From: a virus
Taxonomy: Duplodnaviria; Heunggongvirae; Uroviricota; Caudoviricetes
Strand: one strand, 5' to 3'
IMG/VR virus record: IMGVR_UViG_2703718771_000014
Length of the DNA stretch: 18,288 nt
Shown here piece after piece: positions 1-8,855 of the stretch (position 1 is its first letter; the number at the start of each line of letters is the position of its first letter). The notes beneath the pieces were generated by a model. The model ran no database searches. It had not been told where the DNA came from and saw only the letters and a program-made list of their open reading frames with translations. The position numbers were made by a program, and so were the translations under genes.

Positions 1-1236
1 CTACGATAACCGCGCATTCAACATGGCTATCTGTTCGTCGTTCATGTCATCAATCCACATACCGTAAATTTCATACACCATCTGCGCAGTTTCATGCCCC
101 ATTTGGCTGGCTATAAATGCCGGGTTCGCTCCTGCCGTCAACAGCCAGCAGGCAAAAGTATGCCGCGTATGGTACGGATTACGACGGCGAATACCAGCAC
201 GTTTTACTGCTGCATTCCACCTTGCCCCCAAACTGCTTACCGAGTAATAAGGTTTTTGTTTTCCGTTACACACCCTGGGCATGAAAACAAAATGCAGTTT
301 TTGCTTTTCGGTTCTGCCGTACTCCCGATGGTAAAAGGTTATTTCGCTTTTGCGATGATGCCCGGTCAGTTTGTATTGCTCCTTCAGTGCTTCAAGAGCA
401 GGCTGCAGTAGTGTTACTGTCCGGATCCCGGCATTTGTTTTTGGGGGACCGAACATATCAAGTATCGTCAGGTTTCTTCTGACATTCACTATTCCCTTTT
501 CGAGATCCACATCCTCCCACGCCAGAGCTGCCAGTTCCCCGTGACGAAGTCCTGAGTAAACGGCAAATTTCCACAAGTTCTGGCTCTGTCCTTTTTCACT
601 TTCCATTAATGCATTGAATTCTGTTTTAGATAACGGATCAGGCTTTATTCTGTTTCGCTGTAATTTTTTTACTCCTTCAAATGGTTTGGTTGATATAAAT
701 CCCGACTGATACGCAAAACGCAACAGCGAACAGAGCAGGGCGATATAGTTATCAACTGTGCGCACGGTTCTTCCTTTTTTGTTGGATCTTGGATTATCCA
801 GGTAAAGCGTTTCTCCATGCAGCAGTTCATTCCGGTAGTTTAAGATATCGCTATAACGAATATGTGATATCGGGGTACTTTCACAAATTATTATTCTGAG
901 TGTTTTTAATTGTGATTTTGTTTTCTTCATTGTGTTTGTTGTTAACTCTGTCTCTTTAATTTTTGTCCAGATATCACAAAGCTCTCCGAACGTTTTTATG
1001 ACTCTCGTTGTCACCATTTTTGCCCCAGTGCTGGACTGGGGAAAACGTCTTAAATACTCAAATTCACCGGAGTTTATTTCATGAACTATCAGCGCTCTTA
1101 AATTTCCGGCCTTTTTAATATTACTGTTTGTAATCTCCCAGCCTTTTAATGTTTCCCGACATCGTTTTCCTCGAAACATGAACCAGATGCGAATGTATTT
1201 ACCTCGAATCTCGACACCTGTTGGTAATTTAGACAT
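1..1236 (-). CDS. intR: Phage integrase, tyrosine recombinase (Rac IntR type), 411 aa
   Basis: Full-length ORF in the six-frame track. The translation matches my recollection of E. coli K-12 Rac IntR along its whole length. The stop codon sits at window positions 1-3. Confidence 0.93.
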   Translation of the reverse strand: MSKLPTGVEIRGKYIRIWFMFRGKRCRETLKGWEITNSNIKKAGNLRALIVHEINSGEFEYLRRFPQSSTGAKMVTTRVIKTFGELCDIWTKIKETELTTNTMKKTKSQLKTLRIIICESTPISHIRYSDILNYRNELLHGETLYLDNPRSNKKGRTVRTVDNYIALLCSLLRFAYQSGFISTKPFEGVKKLQRNRIKPDPLSKTEFNALMESEKGQSQNLWKFAVYSGLRHGELAALAWEDVDLEKGIVNVRRNLTILDMFGPPKTNAGIRTVTLLQPALEALKEQYKLTGHHRKSEITFYHREYGRTEKQKLHFVFMPRVCNGKQKPYYSVSSLGARWNAAVKRAGIRRRNPYHTRHTFACWLLTAGANPAFIASQMGHETAQMVYEIYGMWIDDMNDEQIAMLNARLS

Positions 1237-1237
1237 A

Positions 1238-1453
1238 TCATGAGTCTTTGATAAACTGATTTATCTTTGGATAGTTGTACCAGATAATCCCTCGCTTACT
1301 GTCTGGCTTCCCTAAAGGAGATACTCGTTTGAAGTGGAAGCCTTCCACCCAACAGTTCTGGCGGTATGCTTCAATTTGTCTGGCCCCCAGACCAGTGCGA
1401 AGCATCAGGCCGTATTCAACCATCCACTCTTCATTAAAGATTACTTGTGCCAT
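1238..1453 (-). CDS. xisR: Excisionase-like small DNA-binding protein (YdaQ/XisR-like), 71 aa from the internal ATG
   Basis: The track ORF 1238..1477 begins with TTG. The in-frame ATG at 1453 is preceded by GAGGTG and gives [10 protein letters not shown]..., matching my recollection of K-12 YdaQ. It lies immediately upstream of int in the same orientation. Confidence 0.75.
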   Translation of the reverse strand: MAQVIFNEEWMVEYGLMLRTGLGARQIEAYRQNCWVEGFHFKRVSPLGKPDSKRGIIWYNYPKINQFIKDS

Positions 1454-1552
1454 CGCATCACCTCTGGCAGGCGCCAATGTTAGACTGAAATTGACGCCCG
1501 ATGTTGATTATTAATAATCAGCTATGAAGTTTTAATTTGAATACAATGCAAT

Positions 1553-1753
1553 TCACGAGGACTGAAGTTGCTCGCAATTAAAATTTATCAGTTTTACTTT
1601 CTGCTCTCTGGAAACGCCTGCTTCTTTTTTACCTGAGAGCATTTTTTCGCATTCTGATTTGGTTAATTTTGTTTTTGAGTACCTTGTCCAGTTAGTAGGA
1701 GTGCCACCTTCCTTTTCAATAGTGGCGGTAATTTTATACATGAACACCTCCAT
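1553..1753 (-). CDS. Small phage protein, YdaC-like; start ambiguous (ATG at 1813, 1753 or 1741)
   Basis: Track ORF 1553..1813. A GGAGG lies 5 nt upstream of the ATG at 1741 and overlaps the 3' end of ralR. The position between xis and ralR matches the Rac gene order. Confidence 0.55.
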   Translation of the reverse strand: MEVFMYKITATIEKEGGTPTNWTRYSKTKLTKSECEKMLSGKKEAGVSREQKVKLINFNCEQLQSS

Positions 1754-1928
1754 TATTATTTCCAGTGGTTCGTTTATTCCATCGTTCGAGTGCTTCTTTT
1801 TCACTTCCACCATAGCCGGTTCGGGATTCGCATCCGTTACACTTCGCGCGGTAATATCCTGAAATGGCTTTCACCGTTACTGATGGACAACCACAAAAAG
1901 GGCATGGTTTGACTTTTTCATACCGCAT
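1734..1928 (-). CDS. ralR: Restriction-alleviation protein RalR/Lar (reported DNase toxin of the ralR/RalA type I pair), 64 aa
   Basis: The translation from the ATG at 1928 (MRYEKVKPCPFCGC...GGVHV) matches my recollection of K-12 RalR and contains CxxC...CxxC. The track ORF extends to a further upstream ATG at 1943 that has no SD. Confidence 0.85.
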   Translation of the reverse strand: MRYEKVKPCPFCGCPSVTVKAISGYYRAKCNGCESRTGYGGSEKEALERWNKRTTGNNNGGVHV

Positions 1929-1991
1929 TGTCTTTTCTCTCATAAAATAAAATTTTGTGATGGCGGTGAGGCTACACCGCCAAAGTCAATA

Positions 1992-3044
1992 TCAGGAGCC
2001 GATATATTCTGGTTTCATATCTGTCAGTGTCGTTTTATACGCCTCATATAATTCACCCAGATGTGGCCGGGCAGCATTCAGCGTATTTTCCAGAGCAGTA
2101 AATTTTTGTTCTGCTTCTGGATCACCTGAAGAAGGTAGGTCATTTATCATCTTCTCGATACGGGCAATAGCATTGAGACGGTGATGACGCTGAACCACTT
2201 TTCCTTTAAGTTCCGTATAGAGAGCGCCAAGTGTATTTTTATGATCTTCCACTTCCTGGCGAAGTGCTGTTGTTTCCCCGGTGCTTTGTGCCTGCTCAAT
2301 ACGTTCACGGAAAGCATCGATCCAGTTTTCCCCGGCATCCTGCTCAATAATTGTTGTTTCACGTTCCGCGCGGCAAGCGGAAGTGTTTTTATGTTCCTGA
2401 ACCGGATTAATGATTTTTTCCTGTGGCTCGTCCAGTTCGTCCCTGGTGTACACTCCAAGAATCACTTCGGGGCAATAAAGGCGCGCCCAGCGTTTCAGCG
2501 CTAGATAGGCAAGCTGCTGGCGAGGATCGTCGGCCCATAGCGTTGAGTTACGTGTTCTGGCCTGCGCCAGAAGTAATTCCAGTACGCGTGGTTTACTTTC
2601 GCCGCGTAGTGTTGCCTGGACACGAACACCGATCCCGTTTTCATCGGCCAGCTTCCAGCCAGGTACACGATATTCTTTCCCTTTGTCGCTCTTCCTGATT
2701 TCAAATTTCCCGATAATTTTTTCCCACGGCCCGAACCAGTCATATTCAATACGCCCGGTTAGCGGCCCACGAGTACTGATTACGGCATTAACCAGTTGCG
2801 CTTCATATCCGAGCACACCATTCACAACGAAAGTTTTCTGAGCTACTGCGTAAGGGTTCATTTGCCACTGCATCGCCTGCATGGTGATGGCCATGCAGTC
2901 TGATGGATTTCCTCGGAGGTGTTCCGGTACAGTAGCCATGCCGGAAGCCATTACCTGGGAAAATGTCTGAATTGCAGCCATGGACTGAGGGCTGAAAACC
3001 GCAACATTAGAGTTAATATTTTCTTGTTGAGTTAATTCGTTCAT
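1992..3044 (-). CDS. Putative single-strand annealing protein, divergent RecT-like, 350 aa, with a predicted C-terminal coiled coil
   Basis: ORF with an AGGAAGG SD. It lies 11 nt downstream of the recE stop, in the slot recT occupies in K-12. The sequence differs from K-12 RecT as I recall it, but the core motif layout (LW..DP..Q..A.KRWAR..P versus RecT PW..HWEEMAKKTAIRRLFKYLP) suggests the same family. Confidence 0.6.
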   Translation of the reverse strand: MNELTQQENINSNVAVFSPQSMAAIQTFSQVMASGMATVPEHLRGNPSDCMAITMQAMQWQMNPYAVAQKTFVVNGVLGYEAQLVNAVISTRGPLTGRIEYDWFGPWEKIIGKFEIRKSDKGKEYRVPGWKLADENGIGVRVQATLRGESKPRVLELLLAQARTRNSTLWADDPRQQLAYLALKRWARLYCPEVILGVYTRDELDEPQEKIINPVQEHKNTSACRAERETTIIEQDAGENWIDAFRERIEQAQSTGETTALRQEVEDHKNTLGALYTELKGKVVQRHHRLNAIARIEKMINDLPSSGDPEAEQKFTALENTLNAARPHLGELYEAYKTTLTDMKPEYIGS

Positions 3045-3055
3045 TGTGTCCTTCC

Positions 3056-6000
3056 TCAGATGCTCAGTGCTTCAAGACGACGAAGATCAAAGTCGTTTAA
3101 TTCGTCGGTATAACTTTCGGTAATCGGTGCTGGCCAGTTGTTTGTCTCCAGGGCTTCGTTTATCTGGCGTAGCGTCCGGCGATATTCCTGTCGACCAAGT
3201 TCCAGGAGTTCCTGCGAGGCTTCCACGACTGCCACCCAGTGATAGCCAGCATCTTTGTTGACGAAGATCCAGAAAAATTTGTCCAGGTTTGCCACATCGC
3301 AATACATTGCGGCGCTGAGGTGATAATCACGCTCAATAATTTCACGGTGCAGGCGATCTTTAAGTCGTTCCTGTCGCACATAACCGAGGCTGACTGACTT
3401 CACGTCAGCGCAAATGCTTTCGTATGGCAGCCGGATTTCGATATCAGGACGGACCCTGATTTCCAGCCCGGTTTCTTCATCAAACCCGAAATAGCTGATT
3501 TCAGATTTGCGATCCGGGTGGTTGAGTAGCCTTGCTGCATCGGTATTGTTTTGCAGTGCCGCGTGAATATTTTTTGCCTGTTCATACATCTCCGGACTGA
3601 TAAACGTTTTCCCGGCATTTTCTTCTTGCTGGCGTTTTTGCCAGTCCTCCAGTGTCACCAGTTCCGGGCGAATTTTCCGTGCGATTTCGGTTAATTGCTC
3701 TTTTGTGCCACTGATGTTGTAAGGCAAAGATTTAGCACGTTCTTTTTTTGCCAGTTCTGGGTCTACAGTTTCAATTTGATCCAGAAGCTGCTCCCGTGCT
3801 CCACTGGTTTTCAACAGAGGAGGGAGGCTTGCGTTGTATTCTTTAATACAGGCTTTCATTGCTGATGCTGTGTGTTTTTCCCCCTCAGGAATACGCCGAA
3901 ATTCCACCGGAAGCGAACCGTAAAGGATGCCTGTTTCTTCGGCCCCGGCACTTACAGACAGTGGCTGTATAAGAGTGCTGTTGTAGCTTTCGATCCACTC
4001 TTTCATCTGCTCTGGTGTCATCAGTGCTGGCAGACTGGCATTGTGTTTTTTAATGATGGCGATCAGTTCGCTAGAAGTAGTAACCACATATTCAGGAACC
4101 GGTACCGGAATGGCATATTCATCAGCGAATTTATCCGTTTCCAGAACATAGCTGTGAATGATCCGCCCACGCAGCAGTGCATCACTTTCCTCGTTCGGAA
4201 TAGTTCCGGCAATGTGCCGTCCGTGGTAATACATCAGGCTGATACGGGCATCCTTCAGCATCGTGCTGCTTATTCCGTTGGCGGAGTGATAAACCTCGTT
4301 CGGGAGGTTTTCATAGCGGCCAGGCTCGAAATATGACGGCCACATGATTTCAGTTGCTACAGGAGCTGACGCTTCACCAGTTTCATCACTGCAATCACGA
4401 TGCGGATCGCTGCCAGCATTCTCATTGTGCGGATGTTCAGCGCCTTCCATTTCCTCCGGATCATTTTCCTTAGCTTCAACCTGATTCTCTTCATCGAATG
4501 TTTCCTGGTATGTTGCGTCGCCCATCACCGCACCACAGTCAGGGCAGTTATCCCCGCCAGTCTGACCGCAGGCATTGCAGACTATTTCCGGTTTCTGTTG
4601 CACTACTGGCTCAGGTTGTTTCACATCCGGGCTGGTTTTTACAGTTTCTGGCGTGTTTTGTTTCGTTTCTGGCTGGTTCTGGTACACAGAGTCGCGAGTC
4701 TGGATCCCCTTTACCCATTTCGGATCGTTCGGGTCGCTAATTCCGTCAACAAATTCACCACGTGATGCAGCAAGCAATTTATCGGCATCGACAGGATTTT
4801 TTGATGGAATGTTTTTCCGGGCTTCATGGAGTTCTGCCCGCAGTTTCTGATATTTCGCATCAACAGAATTTACCTGTGACTGAGCATCCAGCGGCTGCGT
4901 GTCCTGATGATGTTCAGTTGCATCCGGTTCCACTGTTTCAGCCGTTGCCTGTTTATCTGCCATTGCGCAAGATGGTTGCGGTTTTTCTTCACCATCGTGT
5001 TTTCCTTCTTCTGTTACACGCTGCGGCATTGGGGCAGAGGAACGACCGCAGGCAATATCCACGATTTCCGGATCAGGGTTGGCATGATCGGTTTCAATCA
5101 GCACCTTGTTCAGATATTCAGTGACATGCGCAGGGATAACCTCGATCCCAATTGGTGCTTCTTTTACGGACGCAACCACGATGGCGCGGGAATAATCCAG
5201 CCCGCCAGGCATGGTGATGAATTTGTCGCGGAAAACAGAAAAGGGCGGTTTATTTTCAGAGATAATTTCCTCGACACGTTTAGCGTGTGCCGGATGAAGG
5301 TTATAAATGTCCACGTCCATTGAACGGGCCAGGACGCCAGTGGCTACGTCGCGCGCCAGTGACGTCAGATCGTGAACGAAACCTTCGCCGCGATCGGTGA
5401 GGTTCCCGCCGCCAGCATTAGCGCCGGAAGCCGTGCGCGTGATGCGTGAAACACGATTTCCTTTCATCCACTCTTTTGTCAGCAGACCACGATCGGTGTA
5501 GTCTGCGTCCAGGTATGCTTCGAAAAAAGCAGTCATCAGCCCCAGGCTTGAATTGCCTGGATTAGGGAAAACTCTGTCAGTATCACGCACCAGTTTGTGG
5601 AGATCGCGAATTTCCAGCGGGTCGAGCAGGCTGGTTTTGTGGGAAACAGCCAGGGCAGTAACAGCTGGTAGTTCTTCAGCTCGTGCAATGTGTAATGCCT
5701 GGAGTTCGTCGCGTGAAACGTGCGTTACCGGTTTTTCGCTGCCGTGTTGAGCAAGCCAGCGAATGGGCAGCTCCTGACCGGAAATCGGGAGTAGCATATT
5801 CTCCTCAATCTCCGTCATGTCTTCGCCATTAACATTGGTATTGTCAGTGCTGGCTGGTTTGTCCTGCGCAGAGGATGAGGGCGCGATAAATACCATTGTG
5901 ATGCCATCTTCCCCGCCTTTTTTGTAACGGTTGCAGAATTCCGTATCAAATACGCCCTCTGGTGGAAGGTCATCAACAACGGGCAAATTGACGCGAACAG

Positions 6001-6181
6001 GTTTTTTAAAGTCATCTTCATCGTAGCCAGCATCGTCAATCGCAACAGCACCACGGGATATGGCAATGGATAATTTTTTCGCTTCAGCCCAGTAGAAACC
6101 GCCTTTAATACCGAGACGTTTTCTTACTTTGTCATTTTTTGCTTCGTAATACAGTGGGTAAACTTGTTTATCGGTGCTCAT
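3056..6181 (-). CDS. recE: Exodeoxyribonuclease VIII (RecE), 1041 aa
   Basis: Track ORF. From about residue 110 onward ([38 protein letters not shown]...) it is nearly identical to K-12 RecE as I recall it, including the [16 protein letters not shown] segment and the C-terminal nuclease domain. The N-terminus is longer and divergent. Confidence 0.93.
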   Translation of the reverse strand: MSTDKQVYPLYYEAKNDKVRKRLGIKGGFYWAEAKKLSIAISRGAVAIDDAGYDEDDFKKPVRVNLPVVDDLPPEGVFDTEFCNRYKKGGEDGITMVFIAPSSSAQDKPASTDNTNVNGEDMTEIEENMLLPISGQELPIRWLAQHGSEKPVTHVSRDELQALHIARAEELPAVTALAVSHKTSLLDPLEIRDLHKLVRDTDRVFPNPGNSSLGLMTAFFEAYLDADYTDRGLLTKEWMKGNRVSRITRTASGANAGGGNLTDRGEGFVHDLTSLARDVATGVLARSMDVDIYNLHPAHAKRVEEIISENKPPFSVFRDKFITMPGGLDYSRAIVVASVKEAPIGIEVIPAHVTEYLNKVLIETDHANPDPEIVDIACGRSSAPMPQRVTEEGKHDGEEKPQPSCAMADKQATAETVEPDATEHHQDTQPLDAQSQVNSVDAKYQKLRAELHEARKNIPSKNPVDADKLLAASRGEFVDGISDPNDPKWVKGIQTRDSVYQNQPETKQNTPETVKTSPDVKQPEPVVQQKPEIVCNACGQTGGDNCPDCGAVMGDATYQETFDEENQVEAKENDPEEMEGAEHPHNENAGSDPHRDCSDETGEASAPVATEIMWPSYFEPGRYENLPNEVYHSANGISSTMLKDARISLMYYHGRHIAGTIPNEESDALLRGRIIHSYVLETDKFADEYAIPVPVPEYVVTTSSELIAIIKKHNASLPALMTPEQMKEWIESYNSTLIQPLSVSAGAEETGILYGSLPVEFRRIPEGEKHTASAMKACIKEYNASLPPLLKTSGAREQLLDQIETVDPELAKKERAKSLPYNISGTKEQLTEIARKIRPELVTLEDWQKRQQEENAGKTFISPEMYEQAKNIHAALQNNTDAARLLNHPDRKSEISYFGFDEETGLEIRVRPDIEIRLPYESICADVKSVSLGYVRQERLKDRLHREIIERDYHLSAAMYCDVANLDKFFWIFVNKDAGYHWVAVVEASQELLELGRQEYRRTLRQINEALETNNWPAPITESYTDELNDFDLRRLEALSI

Positions 6182-6252
6182 TGTTTTTTTAACCTCAACT
6201 TAGATTAAAATTACTGCGAGTGATGAATAAATGTCCCAGGTTCTTCACTCAG

Positions 6253-6284
6253 GCCTGCACAGTGTGCAGGCTTTCTTTTTTTTC
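6253..6284 (+). terminator. Plus-strand intrinsic terminator-like hairpin between racC and recE (antisense to the operon)
   Basis: GCCTGCACA-G-TGTGCAGGC stem followed by TTTCTTTTTTTT on the plus strand. On the minus strand the hairpin is not followed by a U tract. Confidence 0.45.
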
Positions 6285-6311
6285 AGATTTCACCCTTTGA
6301 TTTCATTGCAA

Positions 6312-6557
6312 TCAGAGTTGCCAGAAATTCGGCTTTTTTTCTGCGGGCAGATTCTTTCCGATATGCACCAGGCACATTTTTTTGACGCCTTCGTTAAGTG
6401 TTTTAACGTTGCCTGATGGACCGTCGATATCAACCACAGTGAAAGGGGTTTCTTTATTTTCTGTTTTAATCACGTAGCCAATACGCTTTCCTTCCAGGCT
6501 GACTTCGTGAACAATGTCATCAGTAGTAACAACAGTGGCTTCATAACTGGTAATCAT
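6312..6557 (-). CDS. racC: RacC, small Rac prophage protein
   Basis: The ATG at 6557 is preceded by AAGGAG. The translation MITSYEATVVTTDDIVHEVSLEGKRIGYVIKTENK... matches my recollection of K-12 RacC. The track ORF extends upstream to 6605. Confidence 0.8.
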   Translation of the reverse strand: MITSYEATVVTTDDIVHEVSLEGKRIGYVIKTENKETPFTVVDIDGPSGNVKTLNEGVKKMCLVHIGKNLPAEKKPNFWQL

Positions 6558-6631
6558 GTTTTTCTCCTTAATTAAGGTTGAGCGAATCCCTGCCATTGCT
6601 GGCATAAATTCAGTTTCGGATAGTCAGTTAA

Positions 6632-6802
6632 TTAAAGTTCGTGTGCCATCTGGTCTTTTTCGGCACAGATTTCACTACAATATTTTTTCATTTCCGTCGT
6701 TGGTATAACTCCACGCATGAAATGAAGTGGTCTTGTAATGATTTTGCTTTCTTCAATTTCTTTATTGCAAAGGTGATAAGCACATTTTATTTTCTTAGTC
6801 AT
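6632..6802 (-). CDS. ydaE: YdaE, small Cys-rich metal-binding protein, 56 aa (below the track cut-off; translated by hand)
   Basis: Hand translation gives [56 protein letters not shown]. Its ATG overlaps the kilR stop by 1 nt (TAATG). It matches my recollection of K-12 YdaE. Confidence 0.75.
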   Translation of the reverse strand: MTKKIKCAYHLCNKEIEESKIITRPLHFMRGVIPTTEMKKYCSEICAEKDQMAHEL

Positions 6803-7023
6803 TACCATGACTCCGCCTTTACAGGTAAACCATCACGACCGAGGAAGACTCTAATCATGCAGTCAGAAATGCATGTTTTTGTAGTCAGGCTACGAATATA
6901 AAGTTTTCGCTTTTTAATATTGTTTGCCGAGGCGATATATGTCCGACCTTCATGAAGAACATAATCGCCAGGGGTCACACACTGACGTGGTATTTCATCA
7001 GTTCCGAAGTGATGAGCAATCAT
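6802..7023 (-). CDS. kilR: KilR, FtsZ-targeting cell-division inhibitor, 73 aa
   Basis: The ATG at 7023 gives [40 protein letters not shown]..., matching my recollection of K-12 KilR. The track ORF starts 4 codons upstream. Confidence 0.85.
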   Translation of the reverse strand: MIAHHFGTDEIPRQCVTPGDYVLHEGRTYIASANNIKKRKLYIRSLTTKTCISDCMIRVFLGRDGLPVKAESW

Positions 7024-7592
7024 AATTATCTCCATTTTTACAAATGAATTTTGTCGATGCGGTGCCTGGTGCCTCCAGGTGACGTTAACCAGTTAACAAT
7101 TAACGCCGGATACAGAGAATCCACCCATAACACTGTTTTTGGTTTTAACTGTTCCGCGTGCGCTTAGCCGCATTCACCGCATCACAAAATTCACTTTAAA
7201 AAGGGCGGCAGAGCAGCCACGGAGTAAAACTGATACCGCCAAACGTCACCAGAAAATTGATAACAGAGGGCGTTGCAGCGGGGTTGTCACTTAAGCGTAT
7301 GGTCAACCTGACAACCCGGTGTCCTCAATGGGGAAGGAATAACCCCGCCATACTTACCGCCGCGCCATTTCGCGGAGTGCCACAACCGGAAGCGCACGTT
7401 CGAAGAAATCTAACGACAAGCCTTCTGAGGGAAAGAGCTTCGCCGTACGCTTTCGCGTTATGCCCTGACTTTTCAGGGAAATATCCTTTCAGTAAACTGT
7501 CAGTACCGGATTCTTATCCGTGTCCGGCGCACGACCACACGTGACAGCGTGTTGGTCTCCATTTTTAACCCAGAACCTCAATGGAGGATAAA

Positions 7593-7802
7593 ATGCCAAA
7601 CAAAAAAAGAAATCCGCTTATTGAAAAACAGATTGAATGCCTGGTAAATCAACTCAGGCAATCAGGGTTATTAAAAACTCATTCAGAGTTGAGGCTCACA
7701 GAATCAGCATTCGACGATAAATTAAATAATGTCCTTTATAATGGCATTATTGATTTTAATCGTTCTGTTGGTCGCCGCGGCCCTGCTGGTGTTTCCTTAT
7801 AA
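7593..7802 (+). CDS. Hypothetical 69-aa protein, convergent with the 212-aa gene
   Basis: The ATG at 7593 is preceded by GGAGGA at 5-nt spacing. The stop codon (7800..7802) abuts the stop of the minus-strand gene (7803..7805). The gene looks AT-rich by eye. No family recognised. Confidence 0.45.
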   Translation: MPNKKRNPLIEKQIECLVNQLRQSGLLKTHSELRLTESAFDDKLNNVLYNGIIDFNRSVGRRGPAGVSL

Positions 7803-8441
7803 TTACCAGTCAATCCAGAGTGGACCGTGTTCAGCGTAAATATAACTGTACACATCCAGATTATATTTGTGGTCTGTTAAGAACAGGCCGCAAATACATG
7901 CCGAAGCTTCCAGTGCAGCGGCTCTGTTACTGAATAACCATGTAGCAACATTCCAGCGTTTTTCTGCATCCCAGTCTTTCTCAAGGCCTGATACCATGAA
8001 GAAACCGTTAGTGTTGCCATCAAATAATTCTGTTTCCAAATTTTTAAGCAATGCCTGATGGACTCTTGCCAGGTATTCCGCCGGAATTTCGCCACGAATT
8101 CTGATGAGATTGTCATAAACAAACATGTTCCCCGCATATGGCGATTTTTCTTTCTTGTTTTTTAAACCAGCATCATGAGCAAACTGATCAATTTCTTCTT
8201 CCGTTGGTTTCGTATTGATGTTTTGCGCTGTCGTTTCTGCAATTTTATTTGCCACACTCTCTGAGTCGTGTTTATTTATAGACGCACAGAAATACAATCC
8301 GGTAAACGCATCGCGCACATTACGAGCCATATTATCAGTGTCTTTTTTCGTTACCGATTCCAATTCAAGTTCGTTCAGACGATGACGAAGTGTGTGTGCT
8401 GCAATCTCCTGGATTGAAGGAGGTAAATCTTTAAATTCCAT
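7803..8441 (-). CDS. Hypothetical 212-aa protein with no recognisable family; downstream gene of the repressor-adjacent module
   Basis: Track ORF 7803..8453. The ATG at 8441 (MEFKDLPPS...) is preceded by GAGG at about 8 nt. There is an 11-nt gap to the upstream small gene. I see no Walker A motif, no predicted transmembrane segment and no familiar nuclease motif. Confidence 0.7.
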   Translation of the reverse strand: MEFKDLPPSIQEIAAHTLRHRLNELELESVTKKDTDNMARNVRDAFTGLYFCASINKHDSESVANKIAETTAQNINTKPTEEEIDQFAHDAGLKNKKEKSPYAGNMFVYDNLIRIRGEIPAEYLARVHQALLKNLETELFDGNTNGFFMVSGLEKDWDAEKRWNVATWLFSNRAAALEASACICGLFLTDHKYNLDVYSYIYAEHGPLWIDW

Positions 8442-8452
8442 CGTCAACCTCA

Positions 8453-8605
8453 TTAGTCGGAGTTTCTTGCTAACCAGCGATGCGCGCCAGCTTCGGTTTT
8501 AAACGATTTGCTTTTGGTATACGTCATGGCGGTGAATGTGCCGTCCTGATTGGGAAACACGCCACATACCAGAGATTCGTTGTTGCCAAGATCGATAGTA
8601 TCCAT
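8453..8605 (-). CDS. Small 50-aa protein (possibly YdaG/YdaF-like), first gene of the module
   Basis: The track ORF starts at a TTG at 8668. The internal ATG at 8605 is preceded by GAGG at 7 nt and gives MDTIDLGNNESLVCGVFPNQDGTFTAMTYTKSKSFKTEAGAHRWLARNSD. Confidence 0.55.
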   Translation of the reverse strand: MDTIDLGNNESLVCGVFPNQDGTFTAMTYTKSKSFKTEAGAHRWLARNSD

Positions 8606-8785
8606 GTTGACCTCATTTCCCCTTAACGCCGGGTGGCGGAACGTTTTATCTACTGCGCTTTGTATCAATCAACAACTGCCGTCATGTTCGTATGCCTCAG
8701 GCTGGCTACTTAGCCCTGTTCAGTGGCTGGATAACTCGAGGTATTGTCCAGCCGTTCTCTGGTGGGGCGTTGTTTGGATATGCTT

Positions 8786-8814
8786 ATTAAACACAATGCG
8801 TTTTCTTATGTCAA
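8786..8814 (-). promoter_or_regulatory. Sigma70-type promoter for the module (TTGACA-17-TTTAAT on the minus strand), flanked by operator-like AACAC-N5-GTGTT sites
   Basis: Minus-strand read: cgtgTTGACAtaagaaaacgcattgtgTTTAATaagc. Operator-like site B (8813..8827) overlaps the -35 edge and site C (8790..8804, one mismatch) overlaps the -10. Confidence 0.55.
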
Positions 8815-8855
8815 CACGAAATGTGTTTTGTGGTGGGTGTCATATGATGATGGTA

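Noticed and set aside
94-411. 105-aa plus-strand ORF inside the integrase gene
   Set aside because: It lies wholly antisense within a well-supported conserved gene, has no SD, and its composition looks like out-of-frame translation.
3872-5323. Several plus-strand ORFs (154, 121, 120 and 138 aa) antisense to recE
   Set aside because: They are embedded in the conserved RecE coding region, have low-complexity and Cys/Phe/Leu-rich translations typical of antisense frames, and have no SD signals.
7257-7544. 95-aa plus-strand ORF in the kilR-proximal intergenic region
   Set aside because: It starts at a TTG with no SD, and the translation is Pro/Arg/Ala-rich and non-protein-like. The region is more likely regulatory or structured RNA.
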